In this document: positions 26,976 to 39,625 of the stretch, one piece after another | How positions within the stretch are numbered: position 1 is the stretch's first letter | Layout of the letters: each line of letters starts with the position of its first letter | Assembly: GCF_006345805.1 (NCBI RefSeq) | Contig: NC_043006.1 | Coordinates: 86,738,001 to 86,802,000, forward strand | Length of the DNA stretch: 64,000 nucleotides | DNA from: Octopus sinensis | Taxonomy: Eukaryota | Reading direction: 5' to 3' | Position numbers and translations under genes: made by a program | The notes under the pieces: model-generated | Seen by the model: only the letters and a program-made list of their open reading frames with translations | Database searches by the model: none | What the model was told of the DNA's origin: nothing

Positions 26976-27180
26976 TTATATATATGTATGATGTTTGGGT
27001 CTTCTTGACACCATTACCTCTCATAACCTCAATATATATATATATACATAAATTAGAAAAAAACCACTATTATGCAATTCAAGTAATGATAGACATAAAC
27101 CAAATCATAAATAAAATATATTCTAAAACATATAATACTAAATTGAATTTTTCCCTGTAAGTTTGGAGTTATACTCCCTA

Positions 27181-27236
<56 letters not shown>

Positions 27237-28430
27237 GAGACAGAGAGAGAAAGCCAGATAGACAGACAGCTAGCTAGTTTTATAGACAGACAGAGAGACA
27301 GATATATGGACAGAAAGACAAGAGAAGACTGGCATGACAGACAGACAGACAGAGATATATAGCTACAGATATTTCCTGATCAGACCTTCATGCTCATTTG
27401 AATCATAAGTATTCTTAAATCCATTGCCCATTAATATTTCAAAACTAAATAAGCTCTTCCTCTGATGGATTGTGGAATAATATTTTCACATATCCTGCAC
27501 TGGGTTGTTAAGGATTTTGGGGCTGATTTCTCTAGCAAACTTGATTGTTGAATAAATTTTAAAACCACCACTGACAAAAGAAAATTAAAAAAGCACTTCC
27601 TTTAATCCTTTGTGACCCATGTCAGGGTATGTGAAAGCATGTCATTGTATTGATATTTGATTCTGGAACTGAGAAAGCTTTGAAAGTAAATGGATTTAGG
27701 AATGTTAATGTTACAAATTATACACAAAGGACTAATAAAATGATATGGGGAATCATTGATGGAAAGATCAGGCTCCAATATAGTCATGCCAGTAATACAA
27801 CATGTTTGAGTGATAGTTATTTCTAATCAACACAAATGTATACAGTGCTCATGCCGTGCACAAAGCATCCAGCACACCCAGTAAAATGGCTGGTGTTAGG
27901 AAAGGCATTCATCTATAGAAAGCTTGCTGAAGCTGATACTGAAGAACAGCTTGGTCTTTTAATTCATTTGCTTCAGTCCAACCTTGCAACCTATGCAAGC
28001 ATAGAAAACCAATGCTAAATAATGATAATAATGATGAGGATAACATTTTATATAGAGAGAGGTTTTTGATCTAATTTGGATTCTTTGCCATCAAATTTGA
28101 ATTCTTTGCAATCAAATTTGAATTTTTCAATTGGTGCTCAAGATTTGAAAAAAAAGAGAGTTAAACTACATCAGCCGCCAGGGAATACAGGTCTATCTTA
28201 TCTAGCTCATCCAGTAGAGCCCACCAATTGATACCTGAAAAGTTTGATGAAATAACTCATGAACACTGCTATAGCTTCTACCAAAAGATGCTCCATTACA
28301 TCACCAGTTTCCTGTCAAGCCATCTTACTCATGCCAACATGGTAAGTGGTGGATATTAAATGATGATGATAAATATATATATATATTTAAAGAGTATATG
28401 CAGAGTATATGAATGTTTATAAATCTAGTA

Positions 28431-29613
28431 CTGGGTTGGCAACTAAGTTTCTGCCGTTTTATAAAATTTTGGAATCTATTTTTTTTTTTGGTTAATTTTT
28501 GTTTATTTTCAGATCATTAAAATGGAATGTCAAGTTAAGAAAAACGAGCATTTTCAACACCTCCTTCTTTTTGCTTTTAATCAAGGTTCTAAGGCCTCAA
28601 AAGCTGCTCGCAAAATTTGTGCTGTGTATGGAGAGGGTACCATAGTGGAAAGAACCACTCGCGATTGGTATGCCAAATTCAAAAATGGAAATTTTGACCT
28701 CAAAGGCGCACCTCGTTTTGGCCGTCCAGTTGAGTTCGATGAAGAGCGATTAAACCAAATTTTTGCATGAAAATTCTTGTCAAACGGCAAGGGAACTAGC
28801 AGAGAAAATGGAATACCCCCCACACTGCTATAGAGAAGCATCTTCACTCGAAAGAAAAGGTTCAGAAATATGGAGCATGGATTCCGCATGCTTTAAGTGA
28901 CAACAACAAAAATCAACGAGCCACAATCTCCGCTGGTTTGCTTGCTTGTCACCGCTCAACTCATGGACACACACAACGATTTCTTTACTGATTTATTACT
29001 GGCGATGAAAAATGGTGTCTGTACATTAATATGAAGCAGTGTAAGGAATGGCTTAGCCCCGGTAAACAAGCGAAACCAGACATGAAACAAGATCTTTATC
29101 CGCGTAAAATAATGTGCATATGGTGCGACTGGGAAGGGCTTATCCATTATGAATTGCTTGAACGAAACCAAATGGTCAACATGGAATTCTATGTTCACCA
29201 GATGAAATGACTCAACATGGAGTTCTTCTGCTGTACGACAACGCCCAGCCTCATCGCCAATATGACCAAGGAAGCCATTCAAACACATGGCTGGGAAGTA
29301 CTGTCACACCCGCCATACTCTCCTGATTTGGCACCAATGGATTTCCATCTCTTTCGATCTCTTTCAAATGCTATGCGCAGAGTTTTGTTCAATACTGATG
29401 CAGAATTGAGAGCTTGGATGGATCAATTTTTCAAGTCAAAATTGGGTGATTTCTACCAATGAGGTATTGAAAATCTTGTTGAACGTTGGGAAGAAGTTGT
29501 AAACAACAAGGGTGAATATATTACTGATTAATTAGTTGTTATTTTTTTTTTTATTAAACCTTTTAAAAATATTTAATTTAAAAAAAACAGCGGGAACTTA
29601 GTTGCCAACCCAA
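28431..29613 (+). mobile_element. Mariner transposon relic (TIR resembles mellifera-type), internally deleted
   Basis: TA-flanked TIRs ctgggttggcaactaagtt / aacttagttgccaacccaa. Transposase fragments MECQVKKNEHF..., WIPHAL, IITGDEKW, YDNAQPH and YSPDLAPMDFHLF, with stops and frameshifts; 1183 bp. Confidence 0.95.
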
Positions 29614-29645
29614 TAGTTTTCAGAGTTGCTTACTGTGATTTTTAA

Positions 29646-29852
29646 ACCTTTAGCATTCAGATTACTCTGACAGATGTAATGCTCATTTATTCAGGTTGGT
29701 ATTAATTAATCATGCATCAGATTTCAATGATATGATACTTTATTCTTTAGAACAACATTGTAGAATAGATGTGAGAAGCCAGGTCTGGCTAGTTTGAACA
29801 TAAAATGGATAGAATATTTGGGTCTGATACAGCTGGTTTAAATGTTAAAGGG
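29646..29852 (+). mobile_element. piggyBac-like (TTAA-type) MITE
   Basis: Termini cctttagcatt / aatgttaaaggg with degenerate TTAA flanks; homologous inverted copy at 53782-53995. Confidence 0.55.
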
Positions 29853-31499
29853 TCAAGGCAGCAATAGCATAATCTAAAACCTCAGTTTTGTGAAGACTTG
29901 TATCAAATAAGAAACTCTAGGTAACAACAGAGTGAATCAGCAGTTTAGTACAAATATACAGGGTTCTTAGAAAGAATAATTCCCTAATGAGTATAGGGTT
30001 AAACATGTAAGGATGTGTGTATAAACATCAACAACAATAATATGAATATATCAAAGAGTATTATTCTTTTAAAATAAGATGAGAATGAAAATATAAATCT
30101 TAAAATATGAATCTGAAATGATCAATGTCAGACAAAGATCAACAGCAATACAAGAGATCAGAAAGAAGATAACTGAAATTATCTAATGAAAGTGTAAGGT
30201 TAACAGAGTCCTACAGTTTAAGAGGGAGTCAATGGTAGTATTCATTTGATCTTTGGTCAACTTTACAAATAAATTCGATTCTAAACTGGACATGTTTATG
30301 ATGCCAGGCATACTTCATTTTTACATTTAACATTGCTCTGAAGAATTTGGTAGTTCATTTCCATCAGAAGACAAACTACAAAACTTTCAAATACAATTTG
30401 GCTATTGAATTAACGGGTGCACAATTTTATATTTATCCGACAGTTTTAGTGGCAAATAGATGGAACCACTCAATAAATTCAGAATAAATATATGAGAGAC
30501 TGAAAATAGTATATAAGGTTAATTACATTTTGACACTGACACCAACAACTTTAACAACATGCAGCAAGCAAGCCGTAAAATTGTTGCTTCACATCCCAGT
30601 TACTCGATTAAGTGAATTCTCAATAATAAGAGAAGCAAAGAGACATCTAGCTACAAATTCTAGATACCCGTAGGCTAAAACTGTAGGACAAAGGTCAAGT
30701 TTTTAACGATTAAATTCAGATAAAGTAAGTTATTAAGTTCTGCCTTTAGATATCAATTCTAGTTGTAGACGCTTTATGACTGGATACTACAGCTTTGTAT
30801 GAAAGGTAAGACACACACCTCTAAGTCCATGAATTAGATATTCAACTCATGAGAAAATTTGAATGGATAAGATAGATTGGGAAAAGTCAATAAAAGTAGA
30901 AAAGTCTATGTCTACCTATATGTTTTGTTGTTGTTTGTTGTTATTTAGTCCCTGGCCAATCATGATCAAACAAATCAAAGATATTCATATCATGACCACA
31001 CTATCTTCTTTAAATGTGTAGGACTATGCCACCACCACTACCATGATCATGATTAGGCATATGTAGATGTGTGTCTTCTTCACTGAGTCAAAACAATAAA
31101 CATTTGACCTTTTACCCCCCCCCCCCCCACCACCACCACCATCACCATCATAATTAGTTTTATATCCATTTTCCATCCTGGTATGAACTAGACAAGTTAT
31201 TCTAGTCTGAATTGTTTATTAATTTGATTTAATTCTCACCTAGATGAGTTGCAGGATCATATCTCAATTGAATATCATAGTTTGGGCTTGGTTTCTACAC
31301 CCCAATGCCTTTCCTAACACCAACCACATTACAAGGTGTGTTGGGTGCATGTTATTATTGTATCGACACAAGAGAGGTTGTAAGTTTTTTTGAATTTTAA
31401 CTTTTAAGATGGTTGGGTGTGATGTTTTGGGATACTTGGTTGCTATGTCAAGAACATTGAATTTCTATACAGAAAATCAGAATCAAAATCAAATCAAGA

Positions 31500-31875
31500 T
31501 CGAAATCAAAAAGGATATTGTAGTTGTTGATGCCAGTGCCACCTGATTGGCACCCATCTGGTGGAATATAGCAAGCACCATTGAAGCATGGGTCAATGCT
31601 AGTGGAACTTGACTGGCTCCCTGTGCCAGTGGAATGTAGAAAGCATCATCCAAATGTGGTCAATGCCAGTGCTGCCTGACCAGTTCCCATGCTGGTGGCA
31701 TGTAAAAAGCACTCACTACACTCTCAGAGTGGTTGGCCTTAGGAAGGGCATCCAGCTATAGACCTTGCCAGATCAGATTGGAGCCTGGTGCAGCCTACTG
31801 GCTTGCCAATCTCCAGTCAAACCGTCCAATCCATGCCAGCATTGAAAACTGACGTTAAACGATGATGATGATGAG
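31500..31875 (+). mobile_element. RTE 3'UTR-only copy
   Basis: Shares ggtggcatgtaaaaagcac...ggaagggcatccagct...ccatgccagcat...gatgatg with the 23600-24092 tail. Confidence 0.8.
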
Positions 31876-33791
31876 ACTTTCCTGTTAGCTTAAGAGGCAT
31901 CTTTTGTAAAAGGTGAAGGTGCAGTAACTCCAGCTTATATGTTATACTGGGCTGTAGAAGGCCTAGGTGCTATATATGTACTAGTAACAACCTTCTAAGG
32001 GCCTTCTACCCACAACAGAGAGCAACAGACTGAAAGACTATTCTGTTGCCAATACTAAAATCAAAGTAACACCAAGAGTAATAATAATATCACCCATGGT
32101 GGTAGCACCTACAATGGTAGCTGCTGTGTTCCCGATTTTGGCCAGGTACTAGAAGTAGATACTTGTCATCAGTAGTGTGGCCAAGAAAAACAGGTTTCAC
32201 TTCATGTGGAACATTGTAATAAAGCTTGATTAAAATCTAGTTTTGGTCGGCAGCCAATCAACTTGGATCAGTTCAAAACTTTTAACAGGGCTAGGTATGG
32301 CAGCTCGTTCTGGTCCTGTTTTCAGATACTGGATTACCTCTATGTACATTGACATCTGCTTGGTTGTTACAGTAAATAGCTACTCATTGGAATTGTTTTG
32401 AATCATGCACTCACTCCATCAAGGATGTTCTCTCTCAATTTCTTTTTTAAGTAATTAATTTTTTTAACTAGCTCACTGGCTAATTTGGTACCAAAAGCCT
32501 ATATGAGAGTTTTCTTATGGTATCTACTACAGTAAAGTTCGTGCTATCAGGACACTCACATTTAAGTGGGAATAAACATTACCTCTCAGTATTAGTACTG
32601 CTTCTGTCACTAATGTATGTCTTTTGTATACAATGACACCCAAGTCACTAAAGGTAAAACCAAAGGTATTTAGACACATACCAGTAAAACTGGGACACAA
32701 GACAGTTATGTTGCAAAGGCAGAAGACATCACTGTAATAGTGTAAGACACCAAATAAATGAATGTATTTAGTTCATTCTAAAGATACACAAGACAGAAAT
32801 AGGAGTAAAGATTAAACTGGAAAATCCAGTACCTGGGGAGGCAACTCCATGTTGTATTAAGATCCTGGATAATTTATTTAAGTTGCTTGGAGCTTGTTTT
32901 GATCCACACCACCTGGTATTTAGGAAATGGAATGAGTTTACAAGCAGGGTTGCCAATCTCATCTAGAAATAAATACTTTCCTCCATTATAAATTATTGAC
33001 TGACTGCTTTTCTTGCACTAGTTTTCATCTGAACAGATGAGGTATCTGTTCTGTTACTTTGAGTGCATAGGACTCACTAATGCATGTCTCACTAATCAGG
33101 CAGTCTGTCTGCAGTCAGCTAGTTATGTGCAGAGGCTGATAATACCAAGAGATGCACTGAGGCTGCAATGTCTTCAGTGATCCCTGGTGTGGAGGTGTAA
33201 ATGCACTTCATCAGGTATGTTTTTCAACAGCTCAACACATTGATGGAACTGCAGTCCTGGACCAAAGACTAACACTGACTATTTGACCTCTTAAATGTCG
33301 CCAGGCACTCATATTTTTTCACCAGTTCAGCAATGGAGTCAATGGAACTTCCACATTAGCATTTCATAGAGCAATGGTGGAGGACAAATGTGATGCCTAT
33401 CTCTAGGAAACTCCAAATATTAATGAGAACCAACTTGCTGGTCAGTGTGGGTGCTGGCTCAATACAAAATTTACAAGAATGAAAAAACTGATATCCCAGC
33501 CTAAAATGAGCATGAAGTAAAGAAGAATCCATTCAGCATGCATTCTGGTTTTTGTTTTGTAGAACAGTAGTTGTTGTGTGTACTTGTTGACAGCTACTTG
33601 TTGATGCGATTGTGAAACTTATCTTATCACTTTTTTTTTGGCTAAGAAGAAGCAAGAGCAGGTTTTTCTGTGCACGAGACTGAAGATGGACATTTTTATC
33701 TTTAGTCAAGTCCTCACTGACCTCCTCCTCCTCCTCCTCCAGTTTCTTGCCAAATACAAGATATATTTTTATTGAAAATTTTAATCTATTT

Positions 33792-33835
<44 letters not shown>

Positions 33836-33901
33836 TTTAGAAGCAGATACAAAGATTAAAAAATGAAACACAAATTAAAAGAAAAAAAAAACAAATCTCA
33901 C

Positions 33902-33928
33902 CTGTGTATTGTTTTTATCAGGTAAATC
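33902..33928 (-). CDS. Probable 27-nt micro-exon of the same aminopeptidase (DLPDKNNTQ), phase 0-0
   Basis: Minus strand reads tttagttttttttattttgcag|GATTTACCTGATAAAAACAATACACAG|gtgaga. It is stop-free, frame-preserving and lies between two phase-0 boundaries of the gene. No transcript evidence available. Confidence 0.6.
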
Positions 33929-35896
33929 CTGCAAAATAAAAAAAACTAAATATTAAAATAATATCAAAGTGAATTTATTAGCTAAAAAAAAAGAATATAA
34001 AAATTATATCATATCCTTCATTTATTTGATACCTTTGCTGTGCCCAGAACATGTATTTGTAAAACCAAAATATTAAACTGATATGCAATGTCAATAAGTT
34101 ACAAATAGAGTACATAATTTGATATCAAATTTCACCAACTGAACAAAGTTATAAGGTAGGTGGTCAACACTTGATATTTGTTTAATATAAGCTACTTAGA
34201 GAAGGAGATGCAGTACTCTGACCAACAATACAAGTACTTACAGAATAGTGAGATGGGACCCAGTTGATGCCCAGCCCAAATATTGTTCATAGGGAAAAAC
34301 ATGGATGTTGCACTTCATGGAGATGCACTTCAAAAGCTTTGAACAGAGCAAACTTAGCTGAAGACACCCAAAAACCTGGTGGCAATGTGAAACAGGGGTA
34401 TATTAAATATTTCGCCTGATTTAAGCATGTCTGGTATCCAGTTGGTTTTCCTACAATAAAGAATCATCCAGCCTAAGTTGAAGTCAAATCAATTATAGAC
34501 TATTTTCTGACTTGGTTACCCAAGCCAACGATCCAAATATAGATGATATTAGTCACCAGGTTTGTAACAAGAAAAATCTTATTTGGTTTGTTGCCAGGTG
34601 AAGTAGATATAAAAAAATCTCACTCAGATCTCCCCAAAGATCAAAAACAACAATCTCAGATCTACTTATAACAAATCTATCACATATCTATTCAGATGTG
34701 AAGCTAATACCCATCAAATTAATTCTAATGTGAACCAATTCTACTCTAGATCTAAGACATGGAACAGAGACAACTTAAGGTAGGAATCAAACCAAAATAA
34801 GTATCAGATCAATGAGTTACATAATCAATCACAGGAAATTTATTAGCTTATATTTAGTCCTTTGTTATAATGAGAAATATATGTACCATGACTAATGTTT
34901 CCACAGGAATTAATAACTATTTCTCAAATTCCAGATAATTAGAATATTTATTGCAATTATATGCAATGAAACAGATTACAAAGTGTTTGAATTCCCAATC
35001 CATGGCACACAATCTAATACCCCTCATCTCGACCGCTCGGTTCAAAGTCTCTCTTGACCACAAATGGCCTGAACTCTTTGCATGAACACCACCCTGTACA
35101 TAACTCCATGTCCCCCTACATGGCCTTGCTTTTTGCTTTTTGAGCCAAAATATTAACTAACTGACTAACTAACATCTCTTTGTGTCAAAATAGTCAACAA
35201 TAGCCAAGTGGTAAGAAACCCACTTTACAATCATTTAGTTCCAGTTTGGTCTAATTGTACCACGTGGGTATTGTCTTCCAATGTACTCCAGGTTAACCCA
35301 TTAAGTCCCAGAGTACTTAGATTTCTGAATATTACTTTCAAATTTTTACAGATGATTGAAAATAGGTTAAAATGAAAACAAATAATGATTAAAACTCCTT
35401 TACTTCAAGTAAAAATGGAAATATTTGGTGTCCTATTTATAGGACACCAAGACAATGTGATATAGCTTATTTAATGTTCTCATAATCAATTCCTTGTGAG
35501 TGGAACTTGTCAGATGAAGCCTGTGTGTTGTGGGATGGTGATAAGAAGTTTGTCTAACCATAGAAAATCTGTTTCAACAAATTTTGTTTTACCCATGCAT
35601 GCATGAAATATTGGACATTAAAAGGGCAATGATAATGATGATGATGATGATATAGATTATGAAAGCGTTTGCCATCAGACAGATTGCAAGTGTGACAATT
35701 AGAGCTTTGCAATTTCCAATAACTTTGTCATTTCCAGAAAATCAGAAGTATAAAACAAAAATTCCTGCCTTATCAAGAATAGGCCACTAAAAACTATGTG
35801 TGTTTACTTGTATACAAAATGGTAAAAATTACAAAATACACACACACACACACAAAATGCTTTTCTTGAATATTAAAACTATTTCAGTCAGGTTGT

Positions 35897-36755
35897 TTCG
35901 AACATTAGGTCTCACCATGGAAATGACCAGAGACCGAGACCTATGGAAGTATGCTGTGCGTGAGAAGACCCTACCTGGGACCCGTGGCCCCTACCTGGGA
36001 CGTAGTCAGTCCGCCTGTGCATACCTTCCTGCTTGTGACACTTGAGAAGACCTGTTGAGGCAAATCAAATCAAAGTCAAATCGAATCAAGTCAAACCAAA
36101 TCAAAATAGATGAACATCAATGGAATTTGTATCCTTGTGGTACCAGTGCCGGTGGCACATAAGAAAACCATCCGAACGGGACCGTAGCCAGTACCGCATC
36201 GACTGGCCTCCGTGCTGTGGGCACGTAACAAACACCGTCCGAGCGTGGCCGTCTGCCAGCCTCGTCTGGCACCTGTGTCGGTGGCACATAAAAACACCAT
36301 CCGAGCGTGGCCGTCTGGCACCTGTGTCGGTGGCACATAAAAACACCATTCGAGCGTGGCCGTCTGCCAGCCTCGTCTGGCACCTGTGTTGGTGGCACAT
36401 AAAAACACCATCCGAGCGTGGCCGTCTGCCAGCCTCGTCTGGCACCTGTGTCGGTGGCACATAAAAACACCATCCGAGCGTGGCCGTCTGCCAGCCTCGT
36501 CTGGCACCTGTGTTGGTGGCACATAAAAACACCATCCGAGCGTGGCCGTTCGCCAGCCTTGTCTGGCACCTGTGTCGGTGGCACATAAAATCACCCACTA
36601 CACTCTCGGAGTGGTTGGCGTTAGGAAGGGCATCCAGCTGTAGAAACACTGCCAGATCTGACTGGCCTGGTGCAGCCTTCGGGCTCCCCAGACCCCAGTT
36701 GAACCGTCCAACCCATGCTAGCATGGAAAGCGGACGTTAAACGATGATGATGATG
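35897..36755 (+). mobile_element. Heavily 5'-truncated RTE copy (ORF end plus 3'UTR with expanded minisatellite)
   Basis: Starts with RTLGLTMEMTRDRDLWKYAVREKT as in the 23520-23600 copy; shares the 3' terminus ccatgctagcatggaaagcggacgttaaacgatgatg. Confidence 0.85.
36239..36590 (+). repeat. 62-bp GC-rich minisatellite, six units (one 49-bp deleted unit)
   Basis: Unit ccgagcgtggccgtctgccagcctcgtctggcacctgtgtcggtggcacataaaaacaccat starting at 36239, 36301, 36350, 36412, 36474 and 36536. Confidence 0.95.
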
Positions 36756-36779
36756 TTTGTGGTGTGTTGTCACTCAAAC

Positions 36780-38520
36780 TTGATGGTAATTTTGTTACTA
36801 AGAGTTCTCTGCAGTGAACAACATCTGTATTTTGACAGAACTTGAAAGAATATTACTGACGGCAAAGAACAGTTTCAGTAAGTTAACAGTTCTATGTCCC
36901 GTTTTTCAAATCCTTTCATCTCTTTGATTTTGTCTTTTTCCATGTAAAAAAATTAATGAATGTCATTTGATTTTTTTCAACAACTTCATTAATGAAACAT
37001 TTAATCCTTGTTGTAGGGACACTTTTTTTGACAGAATGGGTGCTTCATGGATTTAGATTCAGGGATTCTTCCAAGAAAGAGATGAATATTCATACTGTTT
37101 CTTTGTGATGTTTTGTAGTGAAATTTCTGATGGCAAAATTAGAAATTAGTCAAATACATCCAAAAATTAAAAGAGGATTATTTAAACAATTCATTAATTC
37201 ATTCAGAATTTTATTCCTTTTTTTGATAAATTATTTTCTGGATGCATTCATTGAGCAACAGGAATATTGACATATTCTGTTGATTCAATTCCAAAATGAA
37301 AGCAAATATGTGTTTTACAGAGATCAAGATTGTATTCTTTCCACCTAATTTCTCAACTCCAATTTTAATAGGTTCCAATCTGATACGACTACATGAACGG
37401 CATTAAATTCATTGACTGTAAGGTTGAGAAGATGCAACATTTCAATCGTAGCATTTGCAATACAACTTTTAAATAACAAGAATCATTCTATCACTGAAAA
37501 TAAACCATTCTATCTTTAGTAATTCATTAATTACTATTCATGACTATGCTCCTCTTTAACATATTTGTCTGAAATATCTCGTTTCTTTGTTGTTGAACTA
37601 TGAAATTAACTGACAATTGTTTTAATTTTTTTAATGACATCGTCAATGCTTGAATTTTCTTCTGTGGAAAAGTCTTGTCGTAGAAACTATTTCACTGAAT
37701 CCAATTTGATACAGATTGATATTATTGATTTCATCATCTTCAACTGTATGTTCAAACTCATCATCAACACTGCAAGGGTCATTTGTTGAATTAGCTTCAT
37801 CACTATTTGATTCACATCTTGTAAAGAACACTGCAAGTAGAGTCATGGTGCTCACAATTATTATTTTAACCAAATTCAACCATTACACTTGTTCCATCAG
37901 TTATAACTGAAACTATTCTTTTTTGCAAATCAAAGTTGAATTCAAAAAGTTTTTTTTTTCTAAACGTTCACTATATTTTTCTTTTTCGGCAGGTAAAGTT
38001 TCATAAATTCTGATCATTTCTAAATTCCAGAATTTACCAGATTAGTGTACATTTACATTCAAATTTCTACAATTACACAAAGCTATGCACTTAATATAAA
38101 GAAATGCAGAATTATCCAAAGTCCTTTCTTTATTTATTCTATGAATCACAATTATTCATCAGTACTATTGTTACTGAATCATCTGCATTAAATGAGCCAC
38201 TTTTTGGAAAAAGCAAAATTTTTTCTGTAATAGCTTTACAAAGAAAGCATTTTTAATTATTGCCTTCATGGAAAGTTTATCAGTTGCAATTAATTTGGAT
38301 ACTATTTCTTCTGCAGAGTTAGTCTGTATTTCAATAAAGAAGAGATTTTTGTTGATCAATTCTTTTTGAAGGAGATTTTTCTATTTTAATTGTAGTTTCT
38401 GAGAAAATTTCTTTGTGAGTAATCTTTAAATGGCATATAAGACTGCTTATTGAAGCACCTGAGCACTTGAAGATGGACTTGCAATTTGTAATTAGTTTTT
38501 AAATAATACAATCAGAAATT
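36780..38520 (-). mobile_element. Decayed hAT-superfamily transposase with N-terminal BED finger
   Basis: Minus-strand fragments: CKSIFKCSGASISSLICHLKITH (BED-like, ~38415-38490); SAEEIVSKLIATDKLSMKAI; NLVKIIIVST plus an acidic stretch; KLFFAVSNILSSSVK (dimerisation-domain-like, ~36800-36880). No TIRs recognised. Confidence 0.65.
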
Positions 38521-39469
38521 CTTGTGAAATAGAATACAATCCTAGGAATTCTCAATTCTTAGTTAATTTTGTGGAGAATTCAGGATATGAGAATCCTGAA
38601 AGAGAAGCTCTGTTAACAGTGTACATTCTATAAACTGCATGAGAAAACTGTTTTGTATCTTCTTATGTTACTCTTTTATTCTTTTATTAGTTTTTTAATA
38701 TTGGACTGGGTCCATACTGGAGTATTACCTTGAAGAGTTTTAGTTGAAAATATCAAATCTAGTATTAATGTGCATGTATATGTGTTTACAGGTGTCTGAA
38801 GGTGTCTCTTTATATCTATTGCATCTGGGCTGACCTGAGTTAACATAACAGTGCTACAGTTATAAGATGAACAGACTGAATATCATAGTTTATTTTTTCC
38901 TCAGAATACCAAAAAAATCCTTCATCACCTTTCCAGCATTGCAATATGATAGGGTAGTGTTATGATTGGAGCCTGGGAAAAGGTTTCTATGGTTTTGGCT
39001 CTGAGAATGAAGTGACTTTTCTCTGACTGGTCTTGTTCTGGAAATACCAGCTTCTGACACAAACTGTTGTCCACTTCCTCTCTCTGCCTTTCTAGGTCCT
39101 CTGAACATATTAAACCCTTAAACAGGTCTTTTACAGGTGTAACAAGTGGTGTTTCTGCTCTGTGCAGCAGTATTATTGACTTTCTCTCTCTCTCTCTGCA
39201 GTGAAAATGGGGAACATCTCCAGAATAATCCTATGGTCTTTAAGAGATATCAAGACCTGCACATTCCAGGAGTTCCTACAGACCTATATACCATTTTATG
39301 TCACTTCCACATTCACCACTTTCGCTACCTAACCATACAGTGTTACAAAAGTAGCAACAAGCCAAGGGTCACTGTTGCCACCAAAGTCCTTGTGATATAT
39401 GTGTTACATTTATCCATGTTTAAGTTAAACCTGGTTTCTTGTTTCATACTCAGTTTAAACACCAATCAC

Positions 39470-39625
39470 AAGGGCTGGCCCTAGGGCTGCTGGCACCCTG
39501 GGCAAGCTGAACTTCAGCGTGTCCAAGGTGAAGGTCATGGAAATTTCCTTGTCTTTGTCACACCTACCTTAGCATATGGCGCCCCAGGTGACTGCCTGGG
39601 TTATTGGTACCTTGAGCCAGCCCTG
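39470..39625. mobile_element. hAT-type MITE
   Basis: Imperfect TIRs (a)agggctggccctagg / ccttgagccagccctg flanked by an 8-bp duplication ccaatcac / tcaatcac. Confidence 0.75.

Noticed and set aside
30120-30720. Possible hAT C-terminal relic (KAVKLLLHIPVT)
   Set aside because: A single weak motif; cannot be supported without a profile search.
36239-36590. Regularly spaced repeats suggestive of a CRISPR array
   Set aside because: Units are contiguous tandem copies with no unique spacers, there are no cas genes, and the context is a eukaryotic retrotransposon.
36091-36740. Long ORFs (155-207 aa) on both strands
   Set aside because: Produced by the stop-poor 62-bp minisatellite in an RTE 3'UTR; no protein motifs.
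39146-39484. 112-aa plus-strand ORF with a signal-peptide-like start and ctctctgcag acceptor
   Set aside because: The hydrophobic start derives from a (CT)n tract; no recognisable domain or matching donor.
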